Source of the DNA: Octopus bimaculoides
Taxonomy: Eukaryota
Length of the DNA stretch: 64,000 nucleotides
NCBI RefSeq assembly: GCF_001194135.2
Contig: NC_068982.1
Coordinates: forward strand, 43,422,005-43,486,004
Reading direction: 5' to 3'
This document shows, piece by piece, positions 1 to 13,860 of the stretch. Position 1 is the first letter of the stretch. Each line of letters opens with the position of its first letter. A program made the translations under genes and the position numbers. The notes under the pieces are model-generated. The model saw only the letters and a program-made list of their open reading frames with translations. It was not told the origin of the DNA and made no database searches.

Positions 1-81
1 GCGTAGATATTGCTCGTCTGCAATCCATTTTCTTCCAGCGCTCGAAAACTTCAACCAGCTTGCCGCCTAATAAATTTCAGT

Positions 82-283
82 AATAATAGTTTCCGATTTA
101 GGCACGAGGTTAGCAATTTTGGGGGAAGGTTGTTAGTCGATATCATCGACCCTAGTACCTGACTGGCACCTCATTGTTATCGAGAAAAATGTAAGACAAA
201 GTTTTCTATGTCAGAATTTGAAGTCAGAACGTAAAGGGGTGGTATAAATACCGCAAGCTGTTTTTTTAACGCTCTAACGATTC
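82..283 (-). mobile_element. SINE-A copy, diverged
   Basis: Reverse-complement similarity to the intact copy at 54362-54584 (ggcacgagg...gtcgat...atcgacc...gtcagaacgt...aaataccgcaagc). Confidence 0.75.
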
Positions 284-2716
284 AGGTGTTATTACAGGAT
301 TTCAGTAATAACATCAATAATTATTTAGAATATGCATCAAAAGCATGTCCAACTTAGTATATATGACTCTGTAGCAATAATGTATAGTTACATTACACTT
401 GCTCTTTTATTAATATCCATTATATTTGACTGGCTACATTTGTTAAAGCCATACTCATTACAGTAGGTATATCAGTTATAAAGCTGGCTTAAATTTCTGG
501 TTAGGTAATTCCGTGCAGTTTAAGCTTTTAAACGCGGTAAGCGGATGTACCCCCACTGAAAATTTTATATTCATTAACTGCAGAAAGCGATTTTACATTA
601 CTACTTTGAAATATAACTTCGTATGGTACGAGAAGTGACAACACCCCAGTGACACTTCTTACAAAACACAAAAGTTCTGACTCCCCCCCCTCCACCACCA
701 CCACCAGCACACACATATCATCAGATATTTCTTTATAGAGCAAGAATCAGATACTTTTAGTGGTCGACATGAAAATCGTACCTACTGGAGGTACTGGCAA
801 AGTATTGCAGAAGCAGAAAATATCAATTCTGTTTTTAGTGGATAATTAATATCATTACGGGAATGACTATAAAATTTAATTACACAGTTAAAAGGGCTGA
901 AGTTAAGAGTACTGAAACAAAAGTGATTAAAACGGTAAAAGAAGATGAAGTCGTAAAAATTTATGTATACAAAGCAGAATAGAAATTTAAAACGGTCTTT
1001 ATTTTCAATTACATGGTAAATCTTAATGTCTTTCGAACACAAGAGAGATTTAAAATCCTTCAAAAATTGTGTTTATCATCTTCAGTCCTAAATAAATCAA
1101 GCTAAATGATGTATTTGCACGGAGCTTAATGATCGTTGTACATATTTATCGTTTGCCCATAATCTACTGCTTTTGTATTTTCATCATCGTCATCATCCAA
1201 TAGATATCCGTCTTCTGTTCCGTCCATTGTATTCGAAATATCACATTTCTTGAATGATTTCAAAATAATGCTTAGTTTTTTTTTTGGGGGGGGGGTCCCT
1301 TCCATGAATTAACAATTCATCTACAGCTCAGAAGCAGTTAGTGGGAAGTACACATATTGCCTCCTTTCGTGTATGATGCTTGCCGATCATACATCCAGTT
1401 ACTTCATTTCATCTCATCTCCTCCTTAAATGGCTCATAGACACCAGCATCTAATTGTTGGCAAAACTATTGTAAGTCAGCCACAAATTATCAGGATACCA
1501 GTGCTTTGTGTATTTATTTACTTTCAGATGTAACCTGAACCGGTTTCCGATGAGCAAACTCTTACATCTTTCATCCATCAAGTCATATATTTGAAACTTT
1601 ATCCATTTTTTCTTAAACGCACTTTTAATCGTAACCTAATGGTTATTAACTGTAACTGTAATAACCCAGTGACGGCTGAGAAATTCATTTCTTTAGCGTC
1701 ACAGCTATGAACAGGTTTACCCTGCAATCTGCAAAATGTTCATTTGTTATTTGTGAGAAACCTTGGTCGACTTTTACGCAAGACTCAATAAAATTTTACA
1801 GATATTCAGATTCAAAAACAGGTTGATTTTTGAAGATCAACATTTTTTGAGTAAGTAGTCTATATAATATACATTATTACAAACATTCACGTACATAAAA
1901 TATTTCTCTATATTTACACATAAAACATATACATATATATATATGTATATATTGAATATGTATTTAATATATAATACACACACTGACTCTGTCTCCCCTC
2001 TCTCTCTCATACTCACACAAGGCGTAATATAAAATCGGTTATAACCGGATTTTCGCAAGGTTGCTTCATATTTTTATGGTACGATAAAGCGCGTTTAATC
2101 CGAGTTTAATAACACCACCAAACGTTCTCGATTTGGAATTATTGTTTCTTTTAGTAGAAACGGTTTACAAAGATTCCGCTGCACTGATAACTCCCAACAG
2201 AAAATAGACATCATGAAATATTGATTACTTACACTGTCGAAAATAAAACTGTATGACATCCATGCCTTTCTCAAATACATTAGCGAATGTCAATGAAGAG
2301 AAACAGAAATGAGAAAAATAAAAAAGTGTCGGTTTTTTTTTTTTTTTGTGCCAGAGACGATAAGTCACTGGGAAAAAAACGAATTCACACCTGTTTGTTT
2401 ATGTCACATTCCAAGCGTTATATATGTTTTAATTACGACCACCCGTCAGGAATTATCAATTACTAAAGAAGTTTTATTTATTCATTCATGTATTTGTTTA
2501 TTTATTCTTGAAAGCAATTTGCCTGAACAAGTTTCAAATTCAATTCAAACACTTCTGTACTAGTTCTAACAATATAGATGCACAAGTAGTTAAATTGTTC
2601 AACTATTGGCTTATAGGTTGAATTTTCAAAACCTACCGCAAGAATTGTTCTGCTTTGAGAGGAAAGGTAGTTCTATATACTTTGAATTTTACCTAATTAA
2701 AACAAGATGCTGCATT

Positions 2717-2899
2717 AATATTCCTTTCTACTGTGGACACAAGGAGGAAGTCGATTACATCGACCCAAATGCGCAACTGGCACGTATTTTATCGATCTCA
2801 AAGAGTTGAAAGGTAAAGTCGACCTCAGAACGCAAAGACGGACGAAATGCCTCTAAACATTTTATCCAGTGTGCTAATGATTCTGCCAGCTCGCCACCT
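2717..2899 (-). mobile_element. SINE-A copy with internal deletion
   Basis: cctttctactgtggacacaagg tail, gtcgattacatcgaccc core, aaagtcgacctcagaacg, ends ttctgccagctcgccacc (reverse of the tRNA-like head). Confidence 0.85.
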
Positions 2900-3148
2900 T
2901 ATGATGGTACATTGAAATAATAATCTTAGAAAGACTTCTAAGAGTAAAATACTTGCATGACAGAAGAAAAATAAATTTTACGTTTAAATTCCTTGAACAA
3001 CATAAATAGGAGATATGAAAACTGACAAAATCATATCAATTATGTATGGGTGGCATAAAATAGAACTATGATTGGTAACACATCTAACTAGATGAGGTTG
3101 TTTGCTTAAAGTGTATGGCTAATTCATCCAGGGGTAGTCTCAACCCGT

Positions 3149-3720
3149 GGAGGCGCAATGGCCCAGTGGTTAGGGCAGCGGACTTGCGGTCATAGGATCG
3201 CGGTTTCGATTCCCAGACCGGGCGTTGTGTGAGTGTTTGTTGAGCGAAAACACCTAAAGCTCCACGAGGCTCCGGCAGGGGATGGTGGCGAACTTTCTCT
3301 CACTCTTACTTCCTGTTTCTGTTGTGCCTGTAATTCAAAGGGTCAGTCTTGTCACACTGTGTCACGCTGAATATCCCCGAGAACTACGTTAAGGGTACAC
3401 GTGTCTGTGGAGTGCTCAGCCACTTGCACGTTAATTTCACGAGCAGGCTGTTCCGTTGATCGGATCAACTGGANNNNNNNNNNNNNNNNNNNNNNNNNNN
3501 NNNNNNNNNNNNNNNNNNNNNNNNNNNNNNNNNNNNNNNNNNNNNNNNNNNNNNNNNNNNNNNNNNNNNNNNNNNNNNNNNNNNNNNNNNNNNNNNNNNN
3601 NNNNNNNNNNNNNNNNNNNNNNNNNNNNNNNNNNNNNNNNNNNNNNNNNNNNNNNNNNNNNNNNNNNNNNNNNNNNNNNNNNNNNNNNNNNNNNNNNNNG
3701 TAAGCGACGGAGTGCCAACA
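3149..3720 (+). mobile_element. SINE-C, tRNA-derived, interrupted by an assembly gap
   Basis: A-box tggcccagtgg and B-box ggtttcgattcc in the head; body matches the reverse copy at 22987-23260; tail gtaagcgacggagtgccaaca. Confidence 0.9.
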
Positions 3721-4191
3721 AGTCCCAACCCATTAATTATATCTAGAATGTAGTATATTTAATAATTCACAGGGTTGCGGAATTCTTTTACTATTTGCGT
3801 TGTTGGCATTTAGCGCCGAAAACGTTCGCTACCCAAGACTCTAAAAGCCATTTTCTCATTCATTAAAAAGAAAAAGAGTGTCACGGATCACGTAAATCCA
3901 CTGAAGAGAGATCAGATAATTATCAGACACCATACAGCAAAAAAGTTATTTCTGTACAAGATGTTAGCGTTTAGGTTTTTTTTTTTTTTCTTTGATAAAC
4001 AAGAATGTACTGGTTATTTACGGGTCCGGTTTTAAACCATTCTATATCTACAATATATATAGATACTGACAAATGGATTATTAATATCCTGTATTGACAT
4101 TATAGGCACCGAGACTATTATATCAGTGCAACACACCAACCGAAAAAATATTTAGTGCCTTTCAAAAACAAAAATATGTAATTTTTTTAAT

Positions 4192-4490
4192 CTTTTACTT
4201 GTATCAGTCATTGGACTGCGGTCATGCTGGGACTACCTTGAAAGGTAGTCGAACAATCGACAGGGTACGGAATCGTAAACAAACATCGGCCGAGCGACGA
4301 TGGGAGATAAACACAACAAAGGCACATACTCATCTATATATTTATACATGTAAGACGGGCTTTTTCAGCTACTGTCTACCAAATCCACTTACAGGGATTG
4401 GTTCGACCCAGGGTTACATAGGAGACACTTGCCCAAGATACCGCGCAGTGAGACTAAACCCAGGATCACATGGTCTGGAAACAGGCTAAG
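4192..4490 (-). mobile_element. SINE-B copy
   Basis: Reverse complement of segments of the 33281-33702 copy (ttttacttgt..cagtcattggactgcggtcatgctgg; gacgggc; ttgcccaag). Confidence 0.8.
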
Positions 4491-4549
4491 CACGCTTAGA
4501 TTTTTTTTCTTTTTACTGACGCGAAAATATCGTTAGAAATATTTAACTA

Positions 4550-4671
4550 CAATAATCCCTCGACCATCGCGGGTGTTACGTTCCGAAACCTCCCACAGAA
4601 ATAATTAAAATCTATTGGCCGCAAAAATCCGCAATATACTGAGGAGTCCGCAACATGGCGAGGTATTACTG
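4550..4671. mobile_element. pogo/Tigger-like MITE
   Basis: TIRs caataatccctcg / cgaggtattactg, flanked by TA on both sides; same family as 18608-18793. Confidence 0.75.
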
Positions 4672-4890
4672 TACTGTTTTTATTAACACCTTCACGCCAC
4701 CAAATAACTGTATTTAAATTAGTTTGTACCCTAATACTGACAACAACGTTTGTTTATTCCGTTTTGAATCTTATTTTAACTGCAATTAACAGTCTTAATA
4801 TGCAATAAGACCTTTCTTTTTTTATCGAGATATGAAAAATATGCATAAGGTATCTAAATTGTGTTGACGCTGTATTGGTCACTGAAGCAT

Positions 4891-5009
4891 TTGACCTAAC
4901 ATTGACTTACATTAATTTGACCTAACATTGACTTACATTAATTTGACCTAACATTGACTTACATTAATTTGACCTAACATTGACTTACATTAATTTGACC
5001 TAACATTGA
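4891..5009. repeat. 26-bp minisatellite, about 4.5 copies
   Basis: Unit ttgacctaacattgacttacattaat is repeated perfectly four times plus a partial copy. Confidence 0.95.
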
Positions 5010-5879
5010 GATTGATTTACAACACACAAGTCGAGGCTTTAATGTGTGAAATGATATTTGTTTTACTAAGAAAACATTGCAAGCAAGAGATGTTGCTTCA
5101 ACCATTAAAAGTTGAAGATACTGTCAAGGCATCATAAACGAAACAGACAAGAACAAAGAAAAATTATTTCATATGAGTTTCGTCTTTTAGAACTGAAGTG
5201 AAAGGCAACAAGTGTCAGTCANNNNNNNNNNNNNNNNNNNNNNNNNNNNNNNNNNNNNNNNNNNNNNNNNNNNNNNNNNNNNNNNNNNNNNNNNNNNNNN
5301 NNNNNNNNNNNNNNNNNNNNNNNNNNNNNNNNNNNNNNNNNNNNNNNNNNNNNNNNNNNNNNNNNNNNNNNNNNNNNNNNNNNNNNNNNNNNNNNNNNNN
5401 NNNNNNNNNNNNNNNNNNNNNNNNNNNNNNNNNNNNNNNNNNNNNNNNNNNNNNNNNNNNNNNNNNNNNNNNNNNNNNNNNNNNNNNNNNNNNNNNNNNN
5501 NNNNNNNNNNNNNNNNNNNNNNNNNNNNNNNNNNNNNNNNNNNNNNNNNNNNNNNNNNNNNNNNNNNNNNNNNNNNNNNNNNNNNNNNNNNNNNNNNNNN
5601 NNNNNNNNNNNNNNNNNNNNNNNNNNNNNNNNNNNNNNNNNNNNNNNNNNNNNNNNNNNNNNNNNNNNNNNNNNNNNNNNNNNNNNNNNNNNNNNNNNNN
5701 NNNNNNNNNNNNNNNNNNNNNNNNNNNNNNNNNNNNNNNNNNNNNNNTCGGAGTCGATGCGATTTGTAACTAAAATGAAGTACGTCCATATTACTGCTAG
5801 ATATTCCATCCAGTACTCAGCGGCTTCTACAATTCCCATGGGATTTCTCCCAAACATATTATGCATTATTAAGCGGTTC

Positions 5880-6131
5880 CATCATCATCGTTTAACGTTC
5901 GCTTTCCATGTTAGCATGGGTTGGACGATTTGACTGAGGACTGGCAAGCCAGAAGGCTGCACCAGGCTCCAATCTGATCTGGCAGAGTTTCTCCGGCTGG
6001 ATGCCCTTCGTAACGCCAACCACTCCGAGAATTTAGTGGGTGCTTTTACGTGCCACCGGCACGAGGACCAGTCACACGGTTCTGGCAACGGCCACGCTCA
6101 AAAAGGTGTTTTTTTACGTGCCACCTGCACA
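5880..6131 (-). mobile_element. RTE-type LINE 3' end
   Basis: Reverse complement of the 3' UTR at 32330-32575, including the (gat)n tail and two tggcacgtaaaa hairpin modules. Confidence 0.9.
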
Positions 6132-8766
6132 AACAATCAAAACTATTTACTTTAACAAAACTTTACTACAATAAGTAACTGCTAGCACTAAGTCAGTAAT
6201 TTGTGGTGGAGGGGGTTACTCGACTAAATCGACCTAGTATTTCACTGGGTAGATTTTTATCGACCCCAGAGGGATGAAAGTCAGGATTTGAATCTGTGAT
6301 GTAAAGAGCTGATAAAAATTAAGTAGAAAGTTACAATATCAAAGACTTTTGTTAAGTAGATTAATCATGTAAAGGAATATCAACAAACAGGAATAGTCCA
6401 GGTTACATTATTGCATAAGACCTTGGTTCAGTCCCATCATAGAGCGCTTTTAAAAACATGAATGGAGCAAGCTCATTTTGAAAGTATATATTTTAGATTT
6501 ATCCAAAAACGGACGACTGAACGCCACTTAACAGAGACGGCATGGAAAGCAGTTACCTGTTCTCTGCACTAGATTTACTGTTCCTACAGTAACAATAAAA
6601 ATAAAGGGAAGTCTTTCCGTAAGCTAGCTAGTTTGTATGCCACATCAAACAATAATAGTTCCACAGAGAGAAACAGAGTAAATTAACCAATATTATGTAA
6701 TAATATACAAAAAGAGGAATCTCATTTCGTTGGTATATTTTCGATCTAAAAGGATACGATACAACATCTGTCATTCCAGTTTTTCCAAGTGATGACAATT
6801 CCAGGGCTTGTATTTGTCTGAAACAATCGAAAATGAAAATATAATTTAGCCATGACTATATCAGTGAATTATTTTTCTTTTTTTACTCTTCTGGCGTAAA
6901 ATCTTTTCATTGTGTTAATTAAAATCTCCACAACAGAACGATACAACATCGTACAAAGAAAATAGTCGAGAAAGAAACATGATACATGCATTATAAAAAG
7001 TCACTGGCAATTGTTATGGTTTCCTTATCATTATTATATATTTAGTGGTAGGGGTTTAAGTGTGGCTAAATTAAACAATAGATTAACATGTGACTTCAGG
7101 GTTAAAGGAAACGGTCAACTAGTGCTGAAAGGAAAGAAGAGAAAGAGGCTACGAACCACGAAAATTCTCACAAACACACCCTACCACCCTTTCCCCAGTG
7201 TGCAAACTTGCTGGAGGACTTGGTAGTGTTGAGTAGGGAAAGAAACCTGAAGAACAATGCATTTTTATTAAGAAATCCAGGTCGGTGGTGGGGGTGAACA
7301 TAGAGAGCCTCAGAATGTTTCATAAAAACATGAAATGCATAATAAACGAATGAACAATATTTACATACCGAGTTAAAATCTAGCCATTAGTCACATCTTC
7401 ATTGCATATGTGTGTGCTTGTTTTTGATAGAGAAGTTCGCATGTACAAATTTAATGAGGATACCTTCAGCCTTACTATCTAAATAGGCCCTGTGGTCAAA
7501 CTACAGGACTCAATAACTCGACTAGTTTCGATTGATTAATAAATGATGAATTTGAGTAGACACTCTTGATAGGAGAGCAGTAACCAGTCGAAACAAGCTG
7601 AGCTGGTCTCAGATTCTCCTGCATAGAGAAGGTCCTAGGTTTTATCCATAGGTTCGAATTCGTCAGTTTGACTGACAATATATTTATCAAACATCTGCAT
7701 ATGAGCTTATATGCAATTTATCCTCTCACACACCGTTACAGAGGTGTGTAAGTGAGCGTGTGTTAGAGCTTCAACATATCCTGACAATGAACATGAAACT
7801 AACTAATCGAGTCAAAGTTGATCTGCACTTCCGATCTGAAATAGGTCTTATTTAAATAAGTTTTCCCTTTGCAAATCATAGCCAATGACCTGAAGGTTTT
7901 AAGCAATATTATTTTTTATGTACAAAGTATTACTTTATATGTACATTATATTATGCAAACACTATTTCATATGTAAGAGCAAAAACAGACAGTACTTCAT
8001 GCGTTTTGTAAGGTTGGGTGGGAGTCAATCTTTACTCCACGAAGCTATGTATAGAAACGTCCTATATTTACTGATTGAAAAGGCAATTAAATAATTTTTT
8101 AAAAAAACCCAAAAGAGAGAACATAAAGAATTAGTAATTTGCTCGCGTAGATGAGTCTATTATTATAAAACAAAGAAGTTTACATATTGAATATATCAGA
8201 AAGCTTTTTAGATCAGGCAATATAGGGTGTATAGAAGTATATTAATTAAAGATTGTTATACAACCCCATAAAGAAAAAAATTTACAAACTTTGCACCTAC
8301 TATTGAATTTTAACTAATTTCTTTAAAGCTGTACTTCGTGATTTAACGTCTTCGCTCTTTAGCTTATAAATCAGCCCTTCCTTAAAAATCTGTTGTATGC
8401 CTAGTGGATATTCTTCACAACATATCGCAACACCTCCCTCGTTTAATTTCTCACCTACATAACATAAGTCAATTAAATTGTCTTTTAACATATACGTCGT
8501 TCAAATTGTCTTTTAACATATATGTATCATAGCCACAACTCGCAGGCTGAAACAGGTAACGAAATTATAATTGTCACGATTTTCTACAGGCCCTTATTAG
8601 TCTCTTCCTATAAATCAAAGTTACACACTCAGCTTCTCACCGCCATATATCGTTACATGGCTAACGCACATAGGTTGCAGTGGTAGCCTTGAGGACATTA
8701 TTATTATGTATATAATCTAGACGTTTTGCAGCCATCACAGACCGTAACACTCTCTTTCTCTCTCTC

Positions 8767-8803
<37 letters not shown>

Positions 8804-9583
8804 CTTTACTGTAGATTTCCCTTAATTGTTCAAGTAATCTAAGCCAGATTTTCTCCTCCCGCTCAAGCCCGTTATGTCAACAATATTCACAAAGCTACGG
8901 AGACAGTAAGCCAGTCTAAACAAATAGATCGACAAAATGACATTTTAGAAGAAGGCAAGAATATATCACATAACTTTAATAAATAATCTTGTACTATATA
9001 ACAGGAAGAGAATGAGAGGAAAAGGCTGAGTCAAAGTGATTATCGATATCGCTCAGAAACGGCAAAGAAGCGCAGAAATAAGGGTATATAACAGAAAAGT
9101 CGTTCGAGTATGTATTCAAAGCCAATCCGTTCCGTCTGCCGGCAAGTTTCTGATTTCAGCAAATGGCTTTTTATTAATGCACTAAGCGACATATTTATTT
9201 TACTTGGCTTACCCCAGACACACTAAACGTGCCTGACTTATAAACACACGGGGAATTCTGGAAATATTCACGATTAAAATAAATAAATATATCGCTGGAT
9301 ACACGAGACTAAGAGACACACAAAAAAATGGGAATAGTACACCTGGAGAAAATAATTGTTAATGGTATCAGGGTGTCGTATCGGTAACGACAAACAAACA
9401 ATATGCTTTGATGAAGTGAAGCTCAAAACCAGAAACTTGTTATTTTATTAAATCAAAGCCGAAACAGAGCAACCTGTAATATTTTATAACTACCTTTCAA
9501 CTGAGAAATGGCATTTACTGTATCCCGATGATTCTTCCTATTTCGTTTTACTTTTATTAAACACTGGTCAATGTCTGGACATG

Positions 9584-9998
9584 ACTTTGTGTGGTAAGAA
9601 GTTTGCTTCCCAACGACAGGATTCCGGGTTCAATTCCACTACGTGGCACTTTGGGCAAGTGTCTTTTATTATAGCCCTAAGCCGACCTAAGCCTTGTGAG
9701 TGGATTTGGTAGATGGACGATAAAAGAAACCTATCGTGTGTATGTGTGTGTGTATGAATTTATATACCTATGTGTAGGTTTATTAGTGTAAATGTATACA
9801 TCTGTGTTTGTCCACCACTATCACCGAGGACAACCTGTTTTGATTTGTTTATATCCGTTACTTAACGGTTCGGTAAAAGAGACCGACAAAGTAAGTACCG
9901 GGCTTCAGAAAAAAGTACTGGGGTCGATTAGTTCAATTAAAACCCTGCGCGATGGTGCCCCGTGTGGTGGCAGGCCAATAACTGAAACAAGTAAAAAA
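9584..9998 (+). mobile_element. SINE-B copy
   Basis: Head gtgtggtaagaagtttgcttcccaac...ccgggttcaattcc, central TG tract, tail actgaaacaagtaaaa. Confidence 0.85.
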
Positions 9999-11527
9999 AA
10001 GTGTGTGTACTTCACCACTGATACACAACCGACATTGATTTCCTGGCTAACGAAGCTTGAAATTGCATTTAACCATGCAAGCCAATTTTATCGTGACTTT
10101 TTTTTTTTTTTTTCATCCTCTATAAGTAGCCAAGTGTACGGAACGACAAAATAGCTTGCTCAACTTAAACCAGTATATTTTACTATTTAGTTAGTGGAGT
10201 ATTTGCATGAAATATTTCCCCATTTTTAAACCTTAGTCTCTAAACGTATGAATTAGTGGTGTATATAAATTAATAAATTCGCTGAAAAATCGTTTGAGCG
10301 CCAAACAAAATACTTGGCGACATTTTTTTTTCTTTTTTTCTCGGCTCTTTATGTTCAGGGCATGACCATTGGAGGCCCATATAAGATTTTGCTGTTAAAA
10401 TCTATGTGCAATAAATTAATTATACATCTGCAATACACAAAATAGTAACGTAGCAATTTTTTTTTAATACGATTCCAAAATAATATTTAATCATAAAAAC
10501 ATTAATGGAATTTTTTAAAACATCCAGTTTAGTAAAATAGGAATCAAAGTGGTCCGTAAGCAAACCACTGTCTTACAAGAAACACCCGCACGTAGGTGGG
10601 CGGAGCATGATTAGAAGGGTTGGAGAGAGGCGAAACCGGGTTTTAATGAAAATATTTCTCCTTAAGACAAAGAGTGCATGCAGTGTACTCAACACATTTG
10701 TGAATGGTTTGAAAAAAGAGAAAGGAGAGCAAGGAGAAATCAAGTGCAAAGACGTGTAAGCAGTAGAGAAGGGGAGTAATGCGTACTGGCGGTGCCAGGG
10801 AGGAGAGGGATGAGGGGGAGGAGCTGTCACCTATCCAAAATGTCAATGGTTAGCATAGATGGTTAACATAGCATTAGCATAGGTCGGTTTTTCCTTAATG
10901 AAACAATGCTTTTCTAAGCACAGACATAAGGGATTGGCCAACAAAGTGAGAGACAGCTGGGAGTAAGTACAGCCGTTGGGAGAGCTAACTGCATAAGAAA
11001 GAGAAAATGGGCAGGCTTCTAAAAGTGTGTTTTATAAAGAAGGGGAGGGAGACGGGGCGAAGATAAAGAAAGAAACGAACTAAGGAGAATGCTAACAAAC
11101 TGAAAGGTTGAAAATGCAAGAGACAGATGGAGTGAGTGAGTTGAGAAATGAATGAGATATAGGAAAGTAGAAAGGCGGGGGAGGGGGGAGTTGAGGCACG
11201 ATGATTGAGAGGGAGGCGGGTGATGGTGAGTGGAGGAGTTGTGAAGAAGAAGAGTTACTGAGACAGAAACAAAAGAGCACAAAGAGGCGGTGAGCGCAAG
11301 TGGTTAATATAGAAAGCATAACAAGAGGATAGTAAGAATGTGTCACCTAGTACACAGCGCTTATTGCAGTTGGTACAGACTGAAGAGAACAACAGTGCAG
11401 AGCAACAGCCCCGACTTACACCCATCTCTCTCTCTCTCTCTCGTTGCTTTGTTGAAATACATTTCCTTCCAATACCATTACACTTCACACAAAACACTCT
11501 GCAAAACGGATATGCGTGCGCGTTATC

Positions 11528-11740
11528 AGTACCAATACAAATATATATCATCGAGTTGGTGCTTGGACTGATGTCTACGTAGAAAGCACACCCTATAAAA
11601 TGCACACACACTGCACAGTGTTGCGCGTGCAGAGACAAACATACATCAAGAAGCGGAACTAACAGTCTTACGATGACGGACAGTTTGGCGCTGCAAGTGT
11701 TATTATTTGGAGTCCTTAGTTACGGCTATTTGCTTGCTTA
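11528..11740 (+). promoter_or_regulatory. Possible core promoter (CCAAT, TATAAAA) followed by a 22-codon ORF
   Basis: ccaat near 11530, tataaaa near 11594, ATG at 11673 (MTDSLALQVLLFGVLSYGYLLA*); CpG-rich unique-looking sequence. Motif match only. Confidence 0.25.
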
Positions 11741-12809
11741 AATAAATAGCCATCAGAGTTCTTTATACCACTTGCACTCTTTAGTCTTCAGTCCCTATCG
11801 TTGTACTGAGCCCCGACTCAGCCTTGTTGAAGCTGACTTACGATCTAAAGCATTGCAACGGTGACTTTTCCGTCAAAAGTATGTCAGGGGCTACATACTT
11901 CAATGCATCTTTTACTTAAGATGATACGGTTATGCAATGAGGAAGACTCGGAGAGCAAACTTAATCTGTCGTCCGGCTCAACATCACCATTAACACGTCA
12001 ATCGGTCTCTGAGGGCTACAGAGCCCACAAGTACAGCCTCTTCCACCAACCCAATGCAATAAAAAGATTTTTTTTTTTAATTCCGTATGGTTAAAAAGTT
12101 TGTTTCTCAAACATGTGGCCTTGGGTTCAGTCCCAGTGCGTTGCACCTTGGGCACGTGATTTCTACTACAGCCTCGAGCAGACCAAAGACTCGAGTGAAT
12201 TTTGTAGATAGAATCTGATAGGAGCCAGATGCGCGCGTGCCCTACTGTTGCTTGACAAACGATGTTGGTTTGATTTGTTCGATGAAAGCTTTGAAGGCAT
12301 AGTTGTAGTCCAATGAGTGAAACTCAGTTAGTGGGCAAATGGGACAGGGCAAGTGCTGTGAGCATTTTCAAAGTACCAATTTTGCAGCCGGTACATTTGG
12401 CCAAGTCGACTTGGGAAGCTTAGAACTCAAAGATGTAAAAAAATGCAGATTCGATAATTGTTTACTGCAGCAACATTTCGTAATTCTTAAAACAGCTTTC
12501 AAAAGAGTAAGAGTTTTATAACATGCTATGTTTAAATGTTTTACAGTTGGAGGTAACATGTTTATTAGTGCAATCAATCAACAAAATAACATCTATAAAA
12601 ACCTCCCTAGGTATCCCTCTCCAGTTTAACAAATATACTCATTATAAACTAACATATATGTATCCGGCTCGAATTTACTCCCTTCTAATACACTCCCAGA
12701 CAAAAGAAAAAAAAGTGGGGGGAACAGTGGTGTGCATATACAAGTTAGCAATAGACGTAACAATAATCAAAATGAGGATTGGATATTTGCAACCAGGAAA
12801 TCATTATCA

Positions 12810-12810
<1 letters not shown>

Positions 12811-12853
<43 letters not shown>
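12811..12853. repeat. (CA)n microsatellite
   Basis: Direct observation. Confidence 0.98.
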
Positions 12854-12855
<2 letters not shown>

Positions 12856-13639
12856 GCGTTTTAAGGTTGGTTCGTTTCAGATTTCATGTTATATCAACAC
12901 AACATTTGGAAAACTAACCGTGATTTTTAAACCATTTAGACGAGAACATAGCGACACAGATTGACTTACGTGAACGAATGAAACCCAACCTGTACCACCA
13001 GACTGACTATGTGTGTGTGTGTGTGTTTAGTTATACATGTGTGTGTGCGCGCGCAATGTATGTGCACACCTACACTTGTAATTTGAAAACTATACGTATA
13101 TCGTTTTGTTGGTTATCTGTTGGAAGAGTGTATCTCACATATGTGCTAAATTCTATCTTATAGCTGAGATTTTTGTTATTTCTTTAAAGAAACAAAAAAT
13201 ATATGAAAAAAAAAAATCTATTATCATTAACACCATTGCTATATCATTATACTGAGTTGAAAGAGATATTAAGAGAGAGTCCCTCGTGATACACGGGTAA
13301 ATAGTAATAAGAGAGAATCTCTCTCCTCTCGTAGTGAACGGGTAAATATCTCACATCTACCTAAGCCCACCGAAGTCGAAAGTAGATTCAAGAAATTTAG
13401 ACTTCCAGTGCGAGATAATATATAAAGAAAAAATTCTGGATTTTCTAGAGAGAAATTGAAGCCGAAACTTTCCAGTCAGAGAAGGGCCGATATACGAGTA
13501 GATGAATATTACGCTGCACTTTAACTCTATACAAACCCTGACAGAGCAGATATTTGTTCAGAGGCAATATAGCTGGGTCCGTTTCGTTCTGTTTTTTTTT
13601 TTAATACATGTATATAAAATTACAATTATTTAATGTGTC

Positions 13640-13860
13640 CACTCTTTTATTTGCTTGTCATTAGACTGCGGCCATGCTGGGGGTAACGCCTTGAAGAATT
13701 TTAGTCGACCGAATCGACTCCAGTGCTTATTTTCTTTTTAAAGCTTAGTTACATATTCTATCGGTGTATTTTGCCGAACTGCTAAGCAATGGGACATAAA
13801 CACACAAACACCGGTTGTCAAGCGGAGGGGGGGGGCAAATACGGACACAAAGACACACAC
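13640..13860 (-). mobile_element. SINE-B 3' half
   Basis: gtcattagactgcggccatgctgg...ttttgccgaactgctaag...ccggttgtcaagc is the reverse of the SINE-B tail. Confidence 0.85.

Noticed and set aside
3149-3225. tRNA gene (also heads at 19670-19738, 33281-33350, 54365-54450)
   Set aside because: A- and B-boxes are present but continue into SINE bodies found many times in the window; no complete cloverleaf with a terminator.
11710-11760. Pre-miRNA hairpin at ggctattt...aaatagcc
   Set aside because: The stem is only 8 bp and does not extend; I recognise no conserved miRNA sequence here or elsewhere in the window.
12339-12521. Kinase-like glycine loop (AAGTFGQVDLG)
   Set aside because: The segment aligns loosely to a decayed SINE-A (gtcgacttgggaagcttagaactcaaagatgtaaa); no VAxK or later kinase motifs.
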